The notes beneath the pieces are model-generated. The model made no database searches. It saw nothing but the letters and a program-made list of their open reading frames with translations, and had not been told where the DNA came from. The position numbers and the translations under genes were made by a program. From NCBI GenBank assembly GCA_036172245.1, contig JAYWIR010000005.1, positions 5,580,001 to 5,644,000 on the forward strand: 64,000 nucleotides of DNA, given 5' to 3'. Positions 11,901 to 24,398 of this stretch are shown one piece after another (position 1 is the first letter of the stretch; every line of letters begins with the position of its first letter). This DNA comes from Raillietiella orientalis. Its lineage: Eukaryota.

Positions 11901-14037
11901 GTATCCTGCGTGGTGGCAGCGTCATTAAGGTCATCTTTCCGAGAGACCAACATCCTCTCCTCCTCCATCACCACAGACTCCTTCGGGAAAGAGGCGGTGA
12001 GGGAGGGGAGCGACGGGGAAGGGAGAAGGGTTTCGGTTGCCACATCGACCGCGGTTCCTCCCACTACGTTCGTGATCACCTCCGTCGACGTGCTGACCGA
12101 GGTGGACTCGCCGATCAGGAAAGTGGTCAGGTACGTGTATGAGGTGTATAGCGTCCTGATTTCCCCTTCCTCGACGGGATAGGTGTCTTCGTCGGTCAAG
12201 TACGGCTCAAAGGAGTGCAGAGGAAGCTCACTCTGCTGTTGCTGCCTCCTCTCTTCCTCGTTTCCATCCTCTTCATCCTCATGCTCTTCTCGGGAGGCGT
12301 CTATCCGCGGCCGTTCCGTCTGCTCGCCTTCCGCGGAGGCAGGTCTTTCCCGCTCGCCGCCGTCCTCCAGTTCTGCCGTTTTATCCTCGGAAGAAGCAAA
12401 AGTTCCCATCGTTCCTCCCTCTCCTCCTCCAGTTGCTCGTTCTTCGCTGCCTTCGCCGTGGTTTCCGCGCTCATTGGTCAAGGTGCTCCCGAGTGACTCA
12501 TCCTCTCCAAGGTCGGCAACGGGAGTGATTGCAGACGAAGGCGGGACTGTTCCTGTACCCTCGGCGGCGCTGCGTTCCAGAGAATAGAAAATGCTGGACG
12601 TGCTTTGGATGACCTGGGCGTAGTGATCGCTGATGAAAAGCCCACTAATGAGCGAGGTGAAAAGGGTAGTGGTGCCTCGGTTGATCACAGTGCCCCCGAT
12701 AGACGTGATGAGACCTGTAGGGAACGCCTCGGAAGTGTGATAGACCTCGGTGGATATCGTAGAGAATGCTGAGGTCCCCGCTGGGTCTGCGGTTTCCAAG
12801 GAAGTTCCTTCCTGGTTGTCTTCGTCTCTACCGGGCTGCGCTTCGATCACGAACGCAGGCTGCCGCTGTTGCTGCTGCTGCTGTTCCCGACTCCGAGGCT
12901 GCTGTTGGTTGTCGAAGGCGCCGTCTGCATCTGAACCGTGAGGAAGGCCGTATATCCGGTGCGGGGGAGGAGAGGTTGCTTCTTCCGTGGAGCTCAGAAG
13001 TATCTTGGGGCTGAAGACGTGCTGTTCCTTCTCTTTCTGGGAGGTCTCCTCCGTCGTCGCTTGAGCCGGCGTCGATAGAGAGGAGACAGGGCGAGATGGT
13101 GCCAGAGATTCGGATGGAGGCTGCGATCCCAAAGGCGGAATAGAGGAGATGACCAGGGACCTTCCGATCTCGGACTTGGGCTTAAACACGACCTCTGTGC
13201 CGCTTATAGTGGTGGTGAAGTCGGCGAAGCCCACGTAGGTCACCCGCGGCAGCCTCGCGGCGTGCCTTGGGACAGAAGAAGGGCGACTGCCTTGGAGGAG
13301 CGGCTCGGGGGCTGCAGCCCTGGCGTCTCGGCTTGCACCACTGCCCGAAGAGGAGGTTGCGGAGAACTTGGCGCTCACAGGTCGCGGGTTAATAGCGTCC
13401 TCTTCCTGGATGAGAGGGCTGGCCTCCGGCTGACCACCTACAGGGCTTTCCAGGACGCTAGTGGTTGAGATGTCTTCCTCACGAGCGTGCGAGATGTTCT
13501 GAGTCGAAGTATCGTTTTCTTCTACTCCTCCTCTCCCTCTTTTTTTCGGGTGGTCTCTTCCAGGCTCCTTGGATGTCGCCTCTTCGCTTGGCTGACTCAG
13601 GGGCCTGGTGGGACGTATAATTTCCTGCGTTTCTTGAGGGAGGATCACCCTGGAAGTGGTCGACAGAAGCTCAACATGCTTTCCGTGGAGGCGAGCTTTC
13701 CGAAACTCAGTGGTATAGGCCAGCAGGGTGTCGCTGCTCCACAGAGTCCGGCTTTCCACCGAGCGGGGAGGCCCCGATAACGGGTCTTCGTCGTCGTCAT
13801 CGTCGTCGTCGGTCTCGGGAACCTGTCGGTACAGAACCGAGCTCCGGCTAAACACTCGGGAGTGCGAGCCGTCGACCACTGTATTTCTGACCACTGTCGT
13901 GTGCTCAGTGGTAATCCCTGAGTTCAGAAAGGTCCCCACTGTCGACAGAACCACACCGGGCGCCCAGTGACGGCGCGTGCCGGCGACAATCCCGAACTTC
14001 AGGGTAGTCTTCAGCCCGCTGGCTTCGCTTCCAGGTT
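5923..14037 (-). CDS. Giant exon (8,115 nt, about 2,705 codons) of a DUF4758-type repeat, Ser/Thr/Glu-rich mucin-like protein
   Basis: The frame of ORF 5828..13954 stays open upstream to a CTAAC branch point (14069-14065), pyrimidine tract and AAG acceptor (AG 14039-14038). The donor GTAAGT at 5922 follows ...LESS G. It contains repeated GL(I/L)x..GxxIxxG.TTx(F/Y)xT..G...YAQVxxSTS modules (12584-12721, 10841-10975, 10664-10795), a VTYVGFADFTTTISGTEVVF motif and YTTYTY-type modules. Family assigned by motif recognition, not by search. Confidence 0.88.
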
Positions 14038-17000
14038 CTTGGCCAGGGGGAACAAAAACAGGCAGTTAGAGAGACAGACCTGGAAGGGACCCGACCAGGT
14101 GCGGGGAAAGAAGAAGACAGAAACAGGAAGGCCGGAAGACGCTTTGCGCAGGCGCGGGGGGTGCGCCGAAGACGACTTGCGCCGGCGCCCATCTTTTCCT
14201 GCATTTTTTTTTTCGTTTTTTGTTCTTGCTTTTTCCGGGAAGAAGGCCGCGCTCCGGGACGTCTCATCCAAAGAACCAACCAAACAAAAGCGTCTGCCTC
14301 GCCTACCTGCTGCCCTCACAAGGCGGTCGCGGCGGCTCCCGGACTCCGAGCCATCTCCATGGTCCCCGCACTCCGGCGTGGATCCTCCAAACGTCGCCTC
14401 TATCGGAAAAGAACAAACGTTTGATGGAAGGTGGAGACAGTGGCCAACGGGGTGGAAGGACGAGACCGTCCCGACCACCAGGAACGCAATGCTCCGCGGA
14501 GTCGCGAAGCATCCCGCGGCCGCGTGTTGAGGATGCTCTCGACCGTGCACTCCTGTTTCTCTCTGTTTCGCGCATGCGCACGGTTCCTGAGGGTCCTCAG
14601 AAACTGCGCTCGGCACCCGGGCGGGCGGCTCAGTCCATCCTCTTCAAGCGGAACGGGCGGCCACGACGGCAGAGACGGCGGTCGCAACAGGGGGTGAGAG
14701 AGAAGTAGCGAGCCGCAGGAGCGGCAGCGGCCGCTGTCACAGCGGCGGCGCACGGAATCTGGCCCCGAGGGCAGGAAGAGGAACGACAGGGACAGGAGCA
14801 GGTCAAATGGACAGAGGGAGCTGCAGCAGCTCTTCGTATCTTTTATCTACCTCCGAGGTCAGCGGTTCCAGGAGGTCTTGAGGGGCGCTTGAGCGTTTCT
14901 CATCTCACTTAGCTTGGGATGGAAAGGAATGGAGGTGGTGAGCGGGGGCAAAACGAGAAGGGCCTGCTCCTCCCGGATCCTGCGCATGGTGTCTCCCGAC
15001 ACGGGGTAGACCGGGGCTAGCTCGGAAGAAAGTTCTTCCATCCTCTCCTTCCTATCGCAGGAAAGATAAACGGGGGGCAGGGAACACTTCTCCGGGACGA
15101 CGTTCCTCGCGAATCCACCCTTCGAGGACATTTCTCCCGGTCCGCGGGAGGGGCACCAGCGAACGCTTTTCATTCCCCTTAGGCTATGCTCCCACCGGCG
15201 TGGCGGCGCGCGAGCGTGCGGGGGCGGGGGCTGCAGTTCCGTGCGGCAGCAGTCGCCGGAGGCGGTCCACGTCGCTTGTTGGCTGCTGATCCTTCTCGGT
15301 TTGCAAAGGCGGTTGTCAAGGAGCGGTCCTCGAGAGACAAGGGAGATGGGGAGGTCTCAGAAAACTTCCCATACGGAGAAGACGGAGAGGAGTCTCACCC
15401 CCTCAGTCCACGCGAGGGGAGTTCCGCCTGTACCGAAGGGCGTCCTTTCCTGGGAGGAGGAGGAGGAGGAACCAAGGAAGAGTGCGACAGAGAGTTGGGA
15501 AAAGGTCGGAGGAAGGGGATGATGATGAAGGTGAGGTGAGGAGGAAGTGGAAAAAAAGACGTGCGCTGGTGGCAAGGGAAGAAGAAGAAGAAAGGCCAAG
15601 GAGCAAAAAGTCTCGAACCACGTGGGCTCCTAGATCTCTGCTAACACGCGCTCGGTCAGAGGCACCCTGTGTATGGTCAGCTCTCCCTCTCTCTCGGGGG
15701 GATCAGTTCTCCTCGCGCCGCGCCCTAGAGCGAGGTAAGGGATGGAGGAGGCGTCTGGAAGGATGCTATGGGATCAAGAGGAGATCGAGAGGAGAGCTCG
15801 CGCACTTCCCTGTCTGAGAAGAGGATGGGAAATGACTCTTGGGAGGATGGACTCATCTCCGATGCGCTATTCCACAGAAGAGCAGTCTGCGTCTCGAAAC
15901 AGCGACAGGCAGATTCCGGGATGTGCGCCCTCCCTATTTCCCTTTTCGTGTGTCTCGATCCAGCCCTTCTTTCCCCCCCTCTCAATCTCCCTCTTCCTTC
16001 CTTTCTCTCTCGCCCCTTCCTTTTCTTTCCCTTTCTCCTTTCTCCCCCCTCCCCTCTCTTCTGTTCCTTCGAGAGCATTCCTTCGAGCTTTCCCTTCCGT
16101 CCGCCTGCGGAGAACTGCGCCGGCGCTCGCCTGCTGTTGGATCCAGCGGGAGGGAAACTGCGCCTCCTCGTTTCGCCTCTTCCCCTTCGTACATCTCGGA
16201 GGTCCAGGGATCGCTCACCTCCTCACGACCTTCCCCAGGTCAAGGACGTTATTGAATCCTGCTCTTCGAACCGAACAAACCCCGAGGAACCGTGGGTCCA
16301 CGAAGGGGGCGGAGGAGACAGATGAGAAGAGGAAGCGGCGGAAGTGGCAGTAACGAGGGAAACCGAGTGTCGTTTCCTCCTCGGGCTCCTTCTGGCTGTT
16401 GTGCGACGCAGCACCGAGGGCACCAAGGATGGGAGCAGCGGTGCGCCAAGGAGAACGCCGAAGAGGGCAAGGGAGGAAGCAAGGACGAGAAGCTCACGGA
16501 TTCCCTATTGAGAAATCCATCTTCGCGTTCGAAGGACGGAAGCTGGAAGCATGGAGTCGCATCCCCGAAGATGCCAGCTGGTTGGCTCCTTCCTCTGCGT
16601 GACGCCTGAGGCTGCTCCTCGGCAGGCAGAGGAAGGAAGGAATGGCCGCCAGCATTCCTTGCAGCAGAGACCACTCAGTCGAGCATCTCTTTGCTGTTTT
16701 TTCCTGACCCCGGCTGAGCGACGGGGAACTCTATGAGATGCCCGCCTTCTGAAAGCCGGGATAACCGGGAGAAGGATGCTATTGCGGTGGAAATATGCCT
16801 TCTCTCTTTCAACGCGCGGTCATCCGCGGACGGGGCAGATGGCTCGCCATCTCTGGGATGCTGAACACTGCAGCAGCGTTCAGTGGGCGGCAAAAGCCCT
16901 CTCCACGCCGCCTGAGCTACCCGTGAGAAATACGACCGCTCAACCACTGGCACAGTCCAGATCGACGCCGCTTTTTTCGGTTCTCTGCTGCTGCAGCCTC

Positions 17001-18569
17001 AGCCCAGCTGTTGACCAGGCGGAAAGGAAAGACCTCTGAAAGCGTCCTGCTGCTTCCGGATTGCCTTGCGGACCGCCGGGAATACTCGCGGACAGGAGGG
17101 AAGAGGACTGCACCAACCTGTCGAGATGACGGAGCTACGCCTGCGGCGAAACACCGTTGTGGAGAGAACGAGGAGAGGGACGACGTGGGAGGGGAACCAT
17201 GAGATCCACGAAGGAGAAGCAGTCCTCTTGAAAGAGACTGATAGCCGCGCCCGCATCATCTCGTTCCGGAACGGTCGCCAGGATGCCCACCGGCAGAGAC
17301 GTGCCTCCTCCAGGGGTAGCGGAAGGATAGGGGCCGGAACATCCGAGCAGAGGAGAGAAGATAGGAAACGCGCGGTGAAAAGGGGAGGAAGAGGGCATTC
17401 CTATCGTAGGAGGCTCTCGGAGGATTCTCCTTCTAGCGAGCAAATTGGAAGCTCTCGCCGGGACGTAGCCGTAGTCCCAGGAAACGACCTATTTCCGAAG
17501 AGGGACGCGCCTCGGCTGACATCTTGTAAACGCATCAGCAGCCGCTCCCGAGAGGTCCTCTCGCTCGGAGATCACCGGCTGCCGTTGTGGAACCGGGAAA
17601 GATGGCGGACTGTGAGCAGAAGGGTTGTCTGGTTCCCTCGCTTCTCTCAGGGTCAAGGGGTCGAGGGAGGATGCGCGTGGAAACCGTGCCCTTGGGGAAT
17701 CTGCCGGTCCAGCGGCTCTTGGCGTTTTCATCGCAAGAGAACAGGGAAGTTCCGACCGCGCGGCACGCCTTTCTTCGCCCTTGGGTCGCCGCCCGCCGCC
17801 ACAAAGCCGGAGATGGGCATGCTCCTCCCCTTCTCCCTCCTCCTCCTCTCCCTAGGGCGAAGCAGAGCCCCAGGCAGATTTCCCGGGATCGTACTCCGCA
17901 AGCTCTATGACTTGTGGTGGATTCCGAGGGGGAAGAAGAGGAGGAGGAGGAGAATATGGTGATCGTCCCTGCTCACAGATTTCCAAGGAGATGGGATTGT
18001 CCAGCAACGGCGGGCAGATCAAGACGTCGCGAAGCGCGTCCCGAGGAGGGAGAGATGTCGCCGACGCGGTCGCACGAAGGCGTATTCGAGGCGAACGGAA
18101 GCGAAGTTATGGGGACGGGAGTGAGAATCCGTCCCAGAGGGAGGTCAGGAGAGCCAAGCCCTCTCCTCTCCTGCACCACGTACCGGTTGCGCTCGCGGTC
18201 ATTCTCCGCCCCTCCTCCTCGCCCCGCCTGCTCTCCCGGGGGTACCCGAACGAGAGAGCGCGGCATGATCCCTGAACTCTCGGTTCTGGGGAGGCACCGG
18301 AGGAAGGGCGGCACCTTTCCGTTACCCCCACTCCCTTCCTCCCGGTTCTGTCCGCGCTCGCTGCATCCCCGCTGATTTTGCAACGAGCATCTTCCCATCC
18401 AGAGAAAACGGGGGACAGAGAGGGAAAGACTGCCCACAGGGCATGTCTGGAGCCACTTGCACGAAGACGGCGCTTATTTTGCCCTCCGCTCCCGCTTTTA
18501 ATCGGGAAAGAGGAGGGGGGGGGGAGGCGTCCGAGGTGAGGGCTTCCTTAGCCTGCCTCGATCGTCGCT

Positions 18570-18743
18570 GCGCATGCGCCATCGCTCCCGGAAGTTGGTC
18601 GAAACGGCGCCGGAAGCTGCGGGGAGAACGGTGTTTCCCAGGTTGCAGTGAGTGCGAAGGGCTCCCGGAGTTTCCTCTGTGGGGCTCTGCGACACCGCTG
18701 GAGGTCCCTGTCGCTGGGCGGAGTCGCAGGAATGCGCATGCGC
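18570..18743. promoter_or_regulatory. NRF1/Ewg-like palindromes with adjacent ETS-like sites
   Basis: GCGCATGCGC at 18570-18579 and 18734-18743, CCGGAAGT at 18588-18595 and CCGGAAG at 18610-18616, within CpG-rich sequence. Motif match only. Confidence 0.35.
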
Positions 18744-21700
18744 CCCGTTCCGAGGATCCGAGATCAACCGGCAGCGAGAGAGGCGTGCGAGAGAGAGAGA
18801 TGGAAGGAGAGGGGGAGGAGGAGGAAGAGAAGGAGAAAGAAAGAAAAGAATCCTCAGGCGCTTTTTCATTCTTTCTTTCTCCGGCTGGGGAAAAAGGAGC
18901 GAGGCGAGGCGCGGTGGGTGCATGTTTCCCCGAAGAGCGCTTCGGCGGCGGCGACCGACACCTCCAGCTCGCGCGTGCCGGGGCAACGGGAAGAAACCAG
19001 CCGCAGCTTCTTTTTTTATTTTTTTTCTCCGTCGCGCCACGCTGCCTCTCCGCGTCGGATGGGCGGAGGCCGGTCCCGGGCGCCCCGACGCGGACGGGGC
19101 GGTCCTCATCCCTCTCGTCAGACGTCTCGACTTTCCCGCAGCTGCCCGCCAGCATGGAACGCCGATGTCCGCCGCTCCTACGGACATCGCCCCCTCATTC
19201 CGCCGGGTACGCGGGGGACACAGTTTCGCGCACTGGGGAGCCGATCCCGTTTCAGCGTTGAGATCTGCAGATCTCCCTGGTACTCCAGAGAGGAGCTGGG
19301 GAAAGCCGGAACAGACCGGTTCCCCCCCTCCCATTCAGAAGAACGCAGTGCCCTCTGGCCACTGACTTGGGGGAACGGGGCAAACCGGTTGCTTTCTGGG
19401 TCATTCGAGGCGATCCCACGCCGTGCCCGAGGCTGAAGGAATGCAGCAGAGAATCCTAGAGAATTCAAGGGAGTTCCAGAAGCTCCACGAGCGTTCCGTG
19501 GAATTCTGGATGCATCAGACGGCGTGAAGCATGGGATTGCGCGGGATCCCGAAGAAGCACAGAATTATGGGAGCTCCAGTAGGAGGAAGCGCAAAACCCC
19601 GGAGGCCACCAGGAGAAAAAAAATGCGACGCAGACCCTCTGGAATTCCCAAGACCGCCAATGCGATTAAGGGCAGAATTCTGGAGGTCGCCTGGCATGAT
19701 GGGCATAGGTTCCCGGGAGCTGCGGAGGCCGCCGACGGGATGGGGTGCAGGGATGGATGACGGAGCTCTTCTCCATCTTTGCCGACGGGCGTGCCTTTGC
19801 GTTCCTGAACTCCTGCAGCTCGCAAAAGCAGTTTTGTCTGTTCCCTCTCCCCCCTCCCCCACCACCATCGAAAAAAAAACTGTGCTTCCCTCGCGGACTT
19901 TTGCCACATCTCGTCCACTTCCTCTTACAAAGGGTGCATTTGGGCACTGCGGCGCACGAAAGCAGGAAACGGAGGGAGGAACGTGTGAACACGCCCGCGT
20001 GCGCGAGGCGCTTCGTGATCCGGGAAGCGACGGACTCGCAGGTAGTATAGTAGGAGGAGCCAAGTAGCGGAATGGATGTTCTAAGGGGAAGCCTCGGGGG
20101 GAAAAACGAAACCTCCGATCGCAAGGGCAGCGTCCGCTTCCGCTTCGATCTCTGCTGCTGCTCGGAGCCGCGCGTGCGTGTGCTCCGCGGTCGAGTACAT
20201 CCGGCCGGCGGTGCCACCATTGGCGTACGACTTTGTAAGGAGCTCCCAGCGCGACGAAGAATGCCCTTTTCCTTGGTCAATGACCGCCGGTAATCCGCGG
20301 TTCATCTTCCGCTAGCAGCTCCACATGCGTCGCCCGTCCAGCTTACACTGGGAGTGCGCTCGCTCGGGCCCGCAGGGGGAAAGAGAATGGTCTCTTTCTA
20401 TCCCCCCGCGCGCGCGTGCGGCAGCGTCGCGCACCTCGCGTCGGGACGCGCGCGGCTCCGCGGGCGCCTCGACCAGCGTCCGCTCGCGACTCCCGTCCGA
20501 GCAGAGAACGCGAAGACGCGCGCGCAACGTTTCCGGAGGTCGTGAAATCGAAATCCGCGCGGCGTGCTGCTGCTCCTCCTTCCGGAGGAGAACGAAGTGC
20601 GCCGCCACCCAGCAAAAGCGTCCGTCGCCGATCACGTCGTGGGGGGAGAGGGGGGGGGGGCGTCTCGCCGTGCGGGAGAGACTGCACAGCAAGACGCGCC
20701 AGCGCCAGGCGGCCATTTCCCGAGAGAAACGTAACGGTCGCCTCAAACAATGACCGGTGGAATCCTCCGAGGCAGGGTCGGAAAGACCGAAACGGTGCTT
20801 TTCGGTCCACCATCGCCTCAAGCACCGTTTTTCCTGCGCCGACCACGGGGGAAATCGCATCAGGCCCGAGCTGGTATATCACGCGCTTCAAGGCAGCCGC
20901 CTGCCGTGTCGTGGCGTCGGTCCAGGAGATCTCAAGCTCCGGCATCCGCGCAACTTCGTGACTCTCGGCGGTAAAGCTGCGGACGCCAAAGGGGGGCCCA
21001 CTGCTGTGTAGAGGGCGCAGCTGCGAATTCTGTAATCGCATAGTATCGGTCACTCTTTGGTCACCTTTGTTTTTTTTTCCTTTCCGGCGCGATCCGGGAG
21101 AGCCGATGCCCGCTCGAAAGTAAGCGAGGGGTCTGAAAAGGGTACCGTCTCCCCTATGTTACCCCTCCTTCCTTCGATGCAACTTGTTTCGAGGATCTGA
21201 GGAAAACAGGAGCAGGAAACGCAGGTCGAGTCGAGCGGAACAGAGCAGTTCCCAGCATCTTCTTGCGTCCTCTTTGCGGCGAAAGTTCCCCATCGGACAC
21301 GCCTCTGGGAGCAGAAGGCAAGCGGACAGGGGTGGTGAGTTCCAGAACATTCTCCAAAAATATCGAAAACGAGAAAGTGAGGCATCCGGAGTTTCGCACG
21401 GAAAGAGGACAAGGGTCACTCTGTCCGCCAGCGGAGTAGCGGATTTTACTTCGGCACAGTCGAGCCAACGCAGACTTGGCCGCTGGTGGAGCGTCAACCG
21501 TGGGTTTCGTTACGACCTTCTGCAAAAAGCGTTCTTCATTTCGCCTGCGGTCACGGTGGTCGGCCATGTTTGCTGCGCCAATGCGGCGCCTCGATTCCGA
21601 CGAGGAGCGCTCTGTTTCCTGAGCGCCGCGTGGCCACCAGTTGGTCCGATGAGCGTTCCGGCACGAGTAGCGCTCTGTGCCTCTTCGTTTCCACCAACGC

Positions 21701-22314
21701 CCCCGCCACACGACATGCGTTGAGCACCCACCTGCCGATGGAGTCTCCAGACAGAAACTCCCACGCGCTCCGCGAAACCGAAATCACGCAGGTCCGGAGT
21801 GAAGAGGTTGACGAACGTGGGGAGGACCCACCCCCTCATTCGTGACGCCCGTAAATGGCGCAGCAGTCCGCGGTCTCCGCGGAAGGAGAAGGCGAGCCGC
21901 GAAGAAGGCGAACCGAAAAGCCCGAGCCACGCTTGCAGGGACGAGGGCCGCCGCCGGCCTTTCGGGAAGGAGCGCCAATGGTGGCTCGCCGCCCCGAACG
22001 CGGGCGACTGCTGCACGAGGTGTTCGCCTCGGCAGTCCACGCACCTGGGAGGCGAGGGGAGAAGAGAAGCCAAAACAAAACAAAAAAAAAAAACGTCTTT
22101 CGATTATTCCGCGTGCCTCTCGTGAGCCCCCATGGAACGCCACGGGGAATCGCGCGCGCTCAGCCGCGCGACAGCAGGAACGGCGTCTGCTTCCAGGCGA
22201 ATTCTCCTAAAGCTGTTTTGATGGCGTCCTGCAGAGAATTCGAAGGATAAGAGGAAGAGGGGAAGGCGGACTTTTTGCCGGCAGCCACTGCCGGCAGCGC
22301 AAGCGCATCGAGGC

Positions 22315-22315
<1 letters not shown>

Positions 22316-22348
<33 letters not shown>
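22316..22348 (+). repeat. (CAG)11 microsatellite
   Basis: Perfect trinucleotide run. Confidence 0.95.
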
Positions 22349-22352
<4 letters not shown>

Positions 22353-24191
22353 GGCGAAAGTCGGCTCGTGTGCTCCCTCGGAACGCGGCTGGCCGGGTGC
22401 TCTCACCCGTGCAGACACCCCGGCCGCTTTCCCGACGAGCTCAGGGTGCGTCGCGCATGCGCGCGCACTCCGTCCGATTCCGGAGGGGATGCGGAGGAGG
22501 CATGTCCGCTCGCCCCCCCCCCCCTCTCCTTTGCCCGCTTAGAAAGAGATCCCCAGTTCAGGAGTGCAAGAGAGCGCGGCAGGCACGCGTCCCACGCGCC
22601 AGAGCTCGTGGTTCCCCCGCGTCTCGATAGGGCTGCGTTCCGATGTGCGCGTCCCCGCCCGCCCTCGATCCTTCCGTCTCCTGGGGTGCCGGAGTTCTTC
22701 CCTTGAAACAGGCCGCTTGTTCCGGAAGGTCCGTTTTCCGTGGGAGCGGCGTTGCACACGGTGGTTCTCGTGCGTTACCCGGAAAAACCCACGGGGCGGC
22801 GGTTACGAAGTGGGCGCCTGCGGTGACGCCGCTCGCGGCCGCCGCGCTGCCCTTCCCGCTCGACAAGGAAGGAGGGGACGAGGTCGGATTCGGTGGAAAC
22901 GCTCGTGCCGTTTCCCGAGGGAGCCCCGAGTGGATGCGTATGCGTGACGTCTTCCTCTTCAACCTGCCTCCTCCCCCTTCCTTCTGTGACTTCACGGATG
23001 CTCCGGCGCCAAGCACCGTCTCGATGTGCTGACTCGCCCTTCGTCGAGCCTCCTCCCACCTTCCTCGACTACAGCGAACGCTGGCGCAGATGGGGTGGAG
23101 GGTGGGGATGCGGGGTGGGAGGAGGTCGGCCTACACCGCCACAGCGGCGGGACCCCAAGCCTCCGTCCAGGAACTCGTTCCAAAGAGGGCCGAAGAGGAG
23201 GAATGGAAGTTCTCAGCACGCTCGACGGGAAGCTCCGGCGAAGGACGAAACCCAGTGGGGTCCTTTCCTCCACGGTTGGAGCAAGAAGTTTCTCCCGCTC
23301 GCGAACGCACGAAAGAGCCATTGAACATGTGGAGGTCCTTGCAGTGAGAATTCCCACCGCGCTGACTACAGCAGGATTCTTCGTTCCGCTCCGGCGATGA
23401 TGGACGCATTTCCAAGGGGAAGGTGAGGCGGTCGGGGGGGGGGGGGGAGGCACAAACAAAAACAACAGCAAAAAAAAGCTGGTGGTGGACGTCGGAATGA
23501 CGGCCACCCACCTGCAGAGTCCTTCGGACGCTCCAATGTAGTAAGGTCCCAGTGTGGCGATCCCTCCTTGAATCCTGGAGGCACTCGGTTCTCCAGGAAG
23601 GTTCCTCCACGCCTGAGGATGTCTGTGTGCCCCCTTCCGGATGTGCACAGACTTCCGGAGATGGAGGAGAACGCGTTGGCAGAGGGGGACAACGCTTCCT
23701 TCTAGCGGGCCCTCGCGGTGCCTTCGCTATCATGAGGACAGACTACAGGGAAGAAGCGAAGGGTGCGGTGCAGGATTCGGAAGAGCAGCAAGTGCTGGAA
23801 GGGAGGAAAGGAGAAGGAAAGGCCTTGCCCTCATCTCGTGACGCACCCCTACTTTCCTCCTGCCCTAGCAAGGGCGGCAGGAAGTCTCCCGGCTCGCAAC
23901 GCGCGGGGCGAGGCCGGCCTGCTCCCACCGTTCCCTAGAGGTGCGCGATGCAGCGCTAGGGAAACTGGGATGCGCGGGCTCAGCACCTCCGTCTTCGCGC
24001 GCGCCATCGCCCCTCAACGGTTCCACCCTGGTCTCTGCTCTTCGCCCCAGTCCCGGACGTCCTCAGCCACCGAGATGTGCCGAGGCGAAGACTCGGCTTT
24101 TCCGCGGCTGAATCTTCCTGAAGGAACGTTTGCGCGGCATCCCGGGTTTCTTTCTTCCCGTTGCCTGCCCCTCAATGTGGGAGGGGCTCAC

Positions 24192-24398
24192 TGAAGAGCG
24201 TCAGCCTTCTGATGTCTTCAGCTAAGGAGGTCGTTGTTAGGATGACCTCCTTCGCTTCAGCTGCTCTCGAAAAGGTAGCTTCCTGGGGGACGCCCGGGAT
24301 ACCGTTGCCGCTGCTGCTGCTGCTCCTCCTCCGAAAAGACTCGGCGCGCCCTCGGATTCCCCGAGGGAGGTTCGAGGCAGAGGGGAGGAAGGGGTCTC
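24192..24398 (-). CDS. Candidate upstream symmetric phase-1 exon of the DUF4758-type gene
   Basis: Acceptor cccactgcctcccgcgaccAG and donor GTGAGC (24191). 207 nt open: DPFLPSASNLPRGIRGRAESFRRRSSSSSGNGIPGVPQEATFSRAAEAKEVILTTTSLAEDIRRLTLF. No homology support. Confidence 0.3.

Noticed and set aside
6197..13970. Many + strand ORFs over the giant exon
   Set aside because: Antisense shadows of a GC-rich coding exon; low-complexity translations.
19440..19690. GAA/TTC-rich patch resembling heat-shock elements
   Set aside because: No three correctly spaced nGAAn units.
22290..22400. Poly-Leu signal-peptide-like stretch on the minus strand
   Set aside because: It is the antisense of (CAG)11, with an in-frame stop upstream and no Met.
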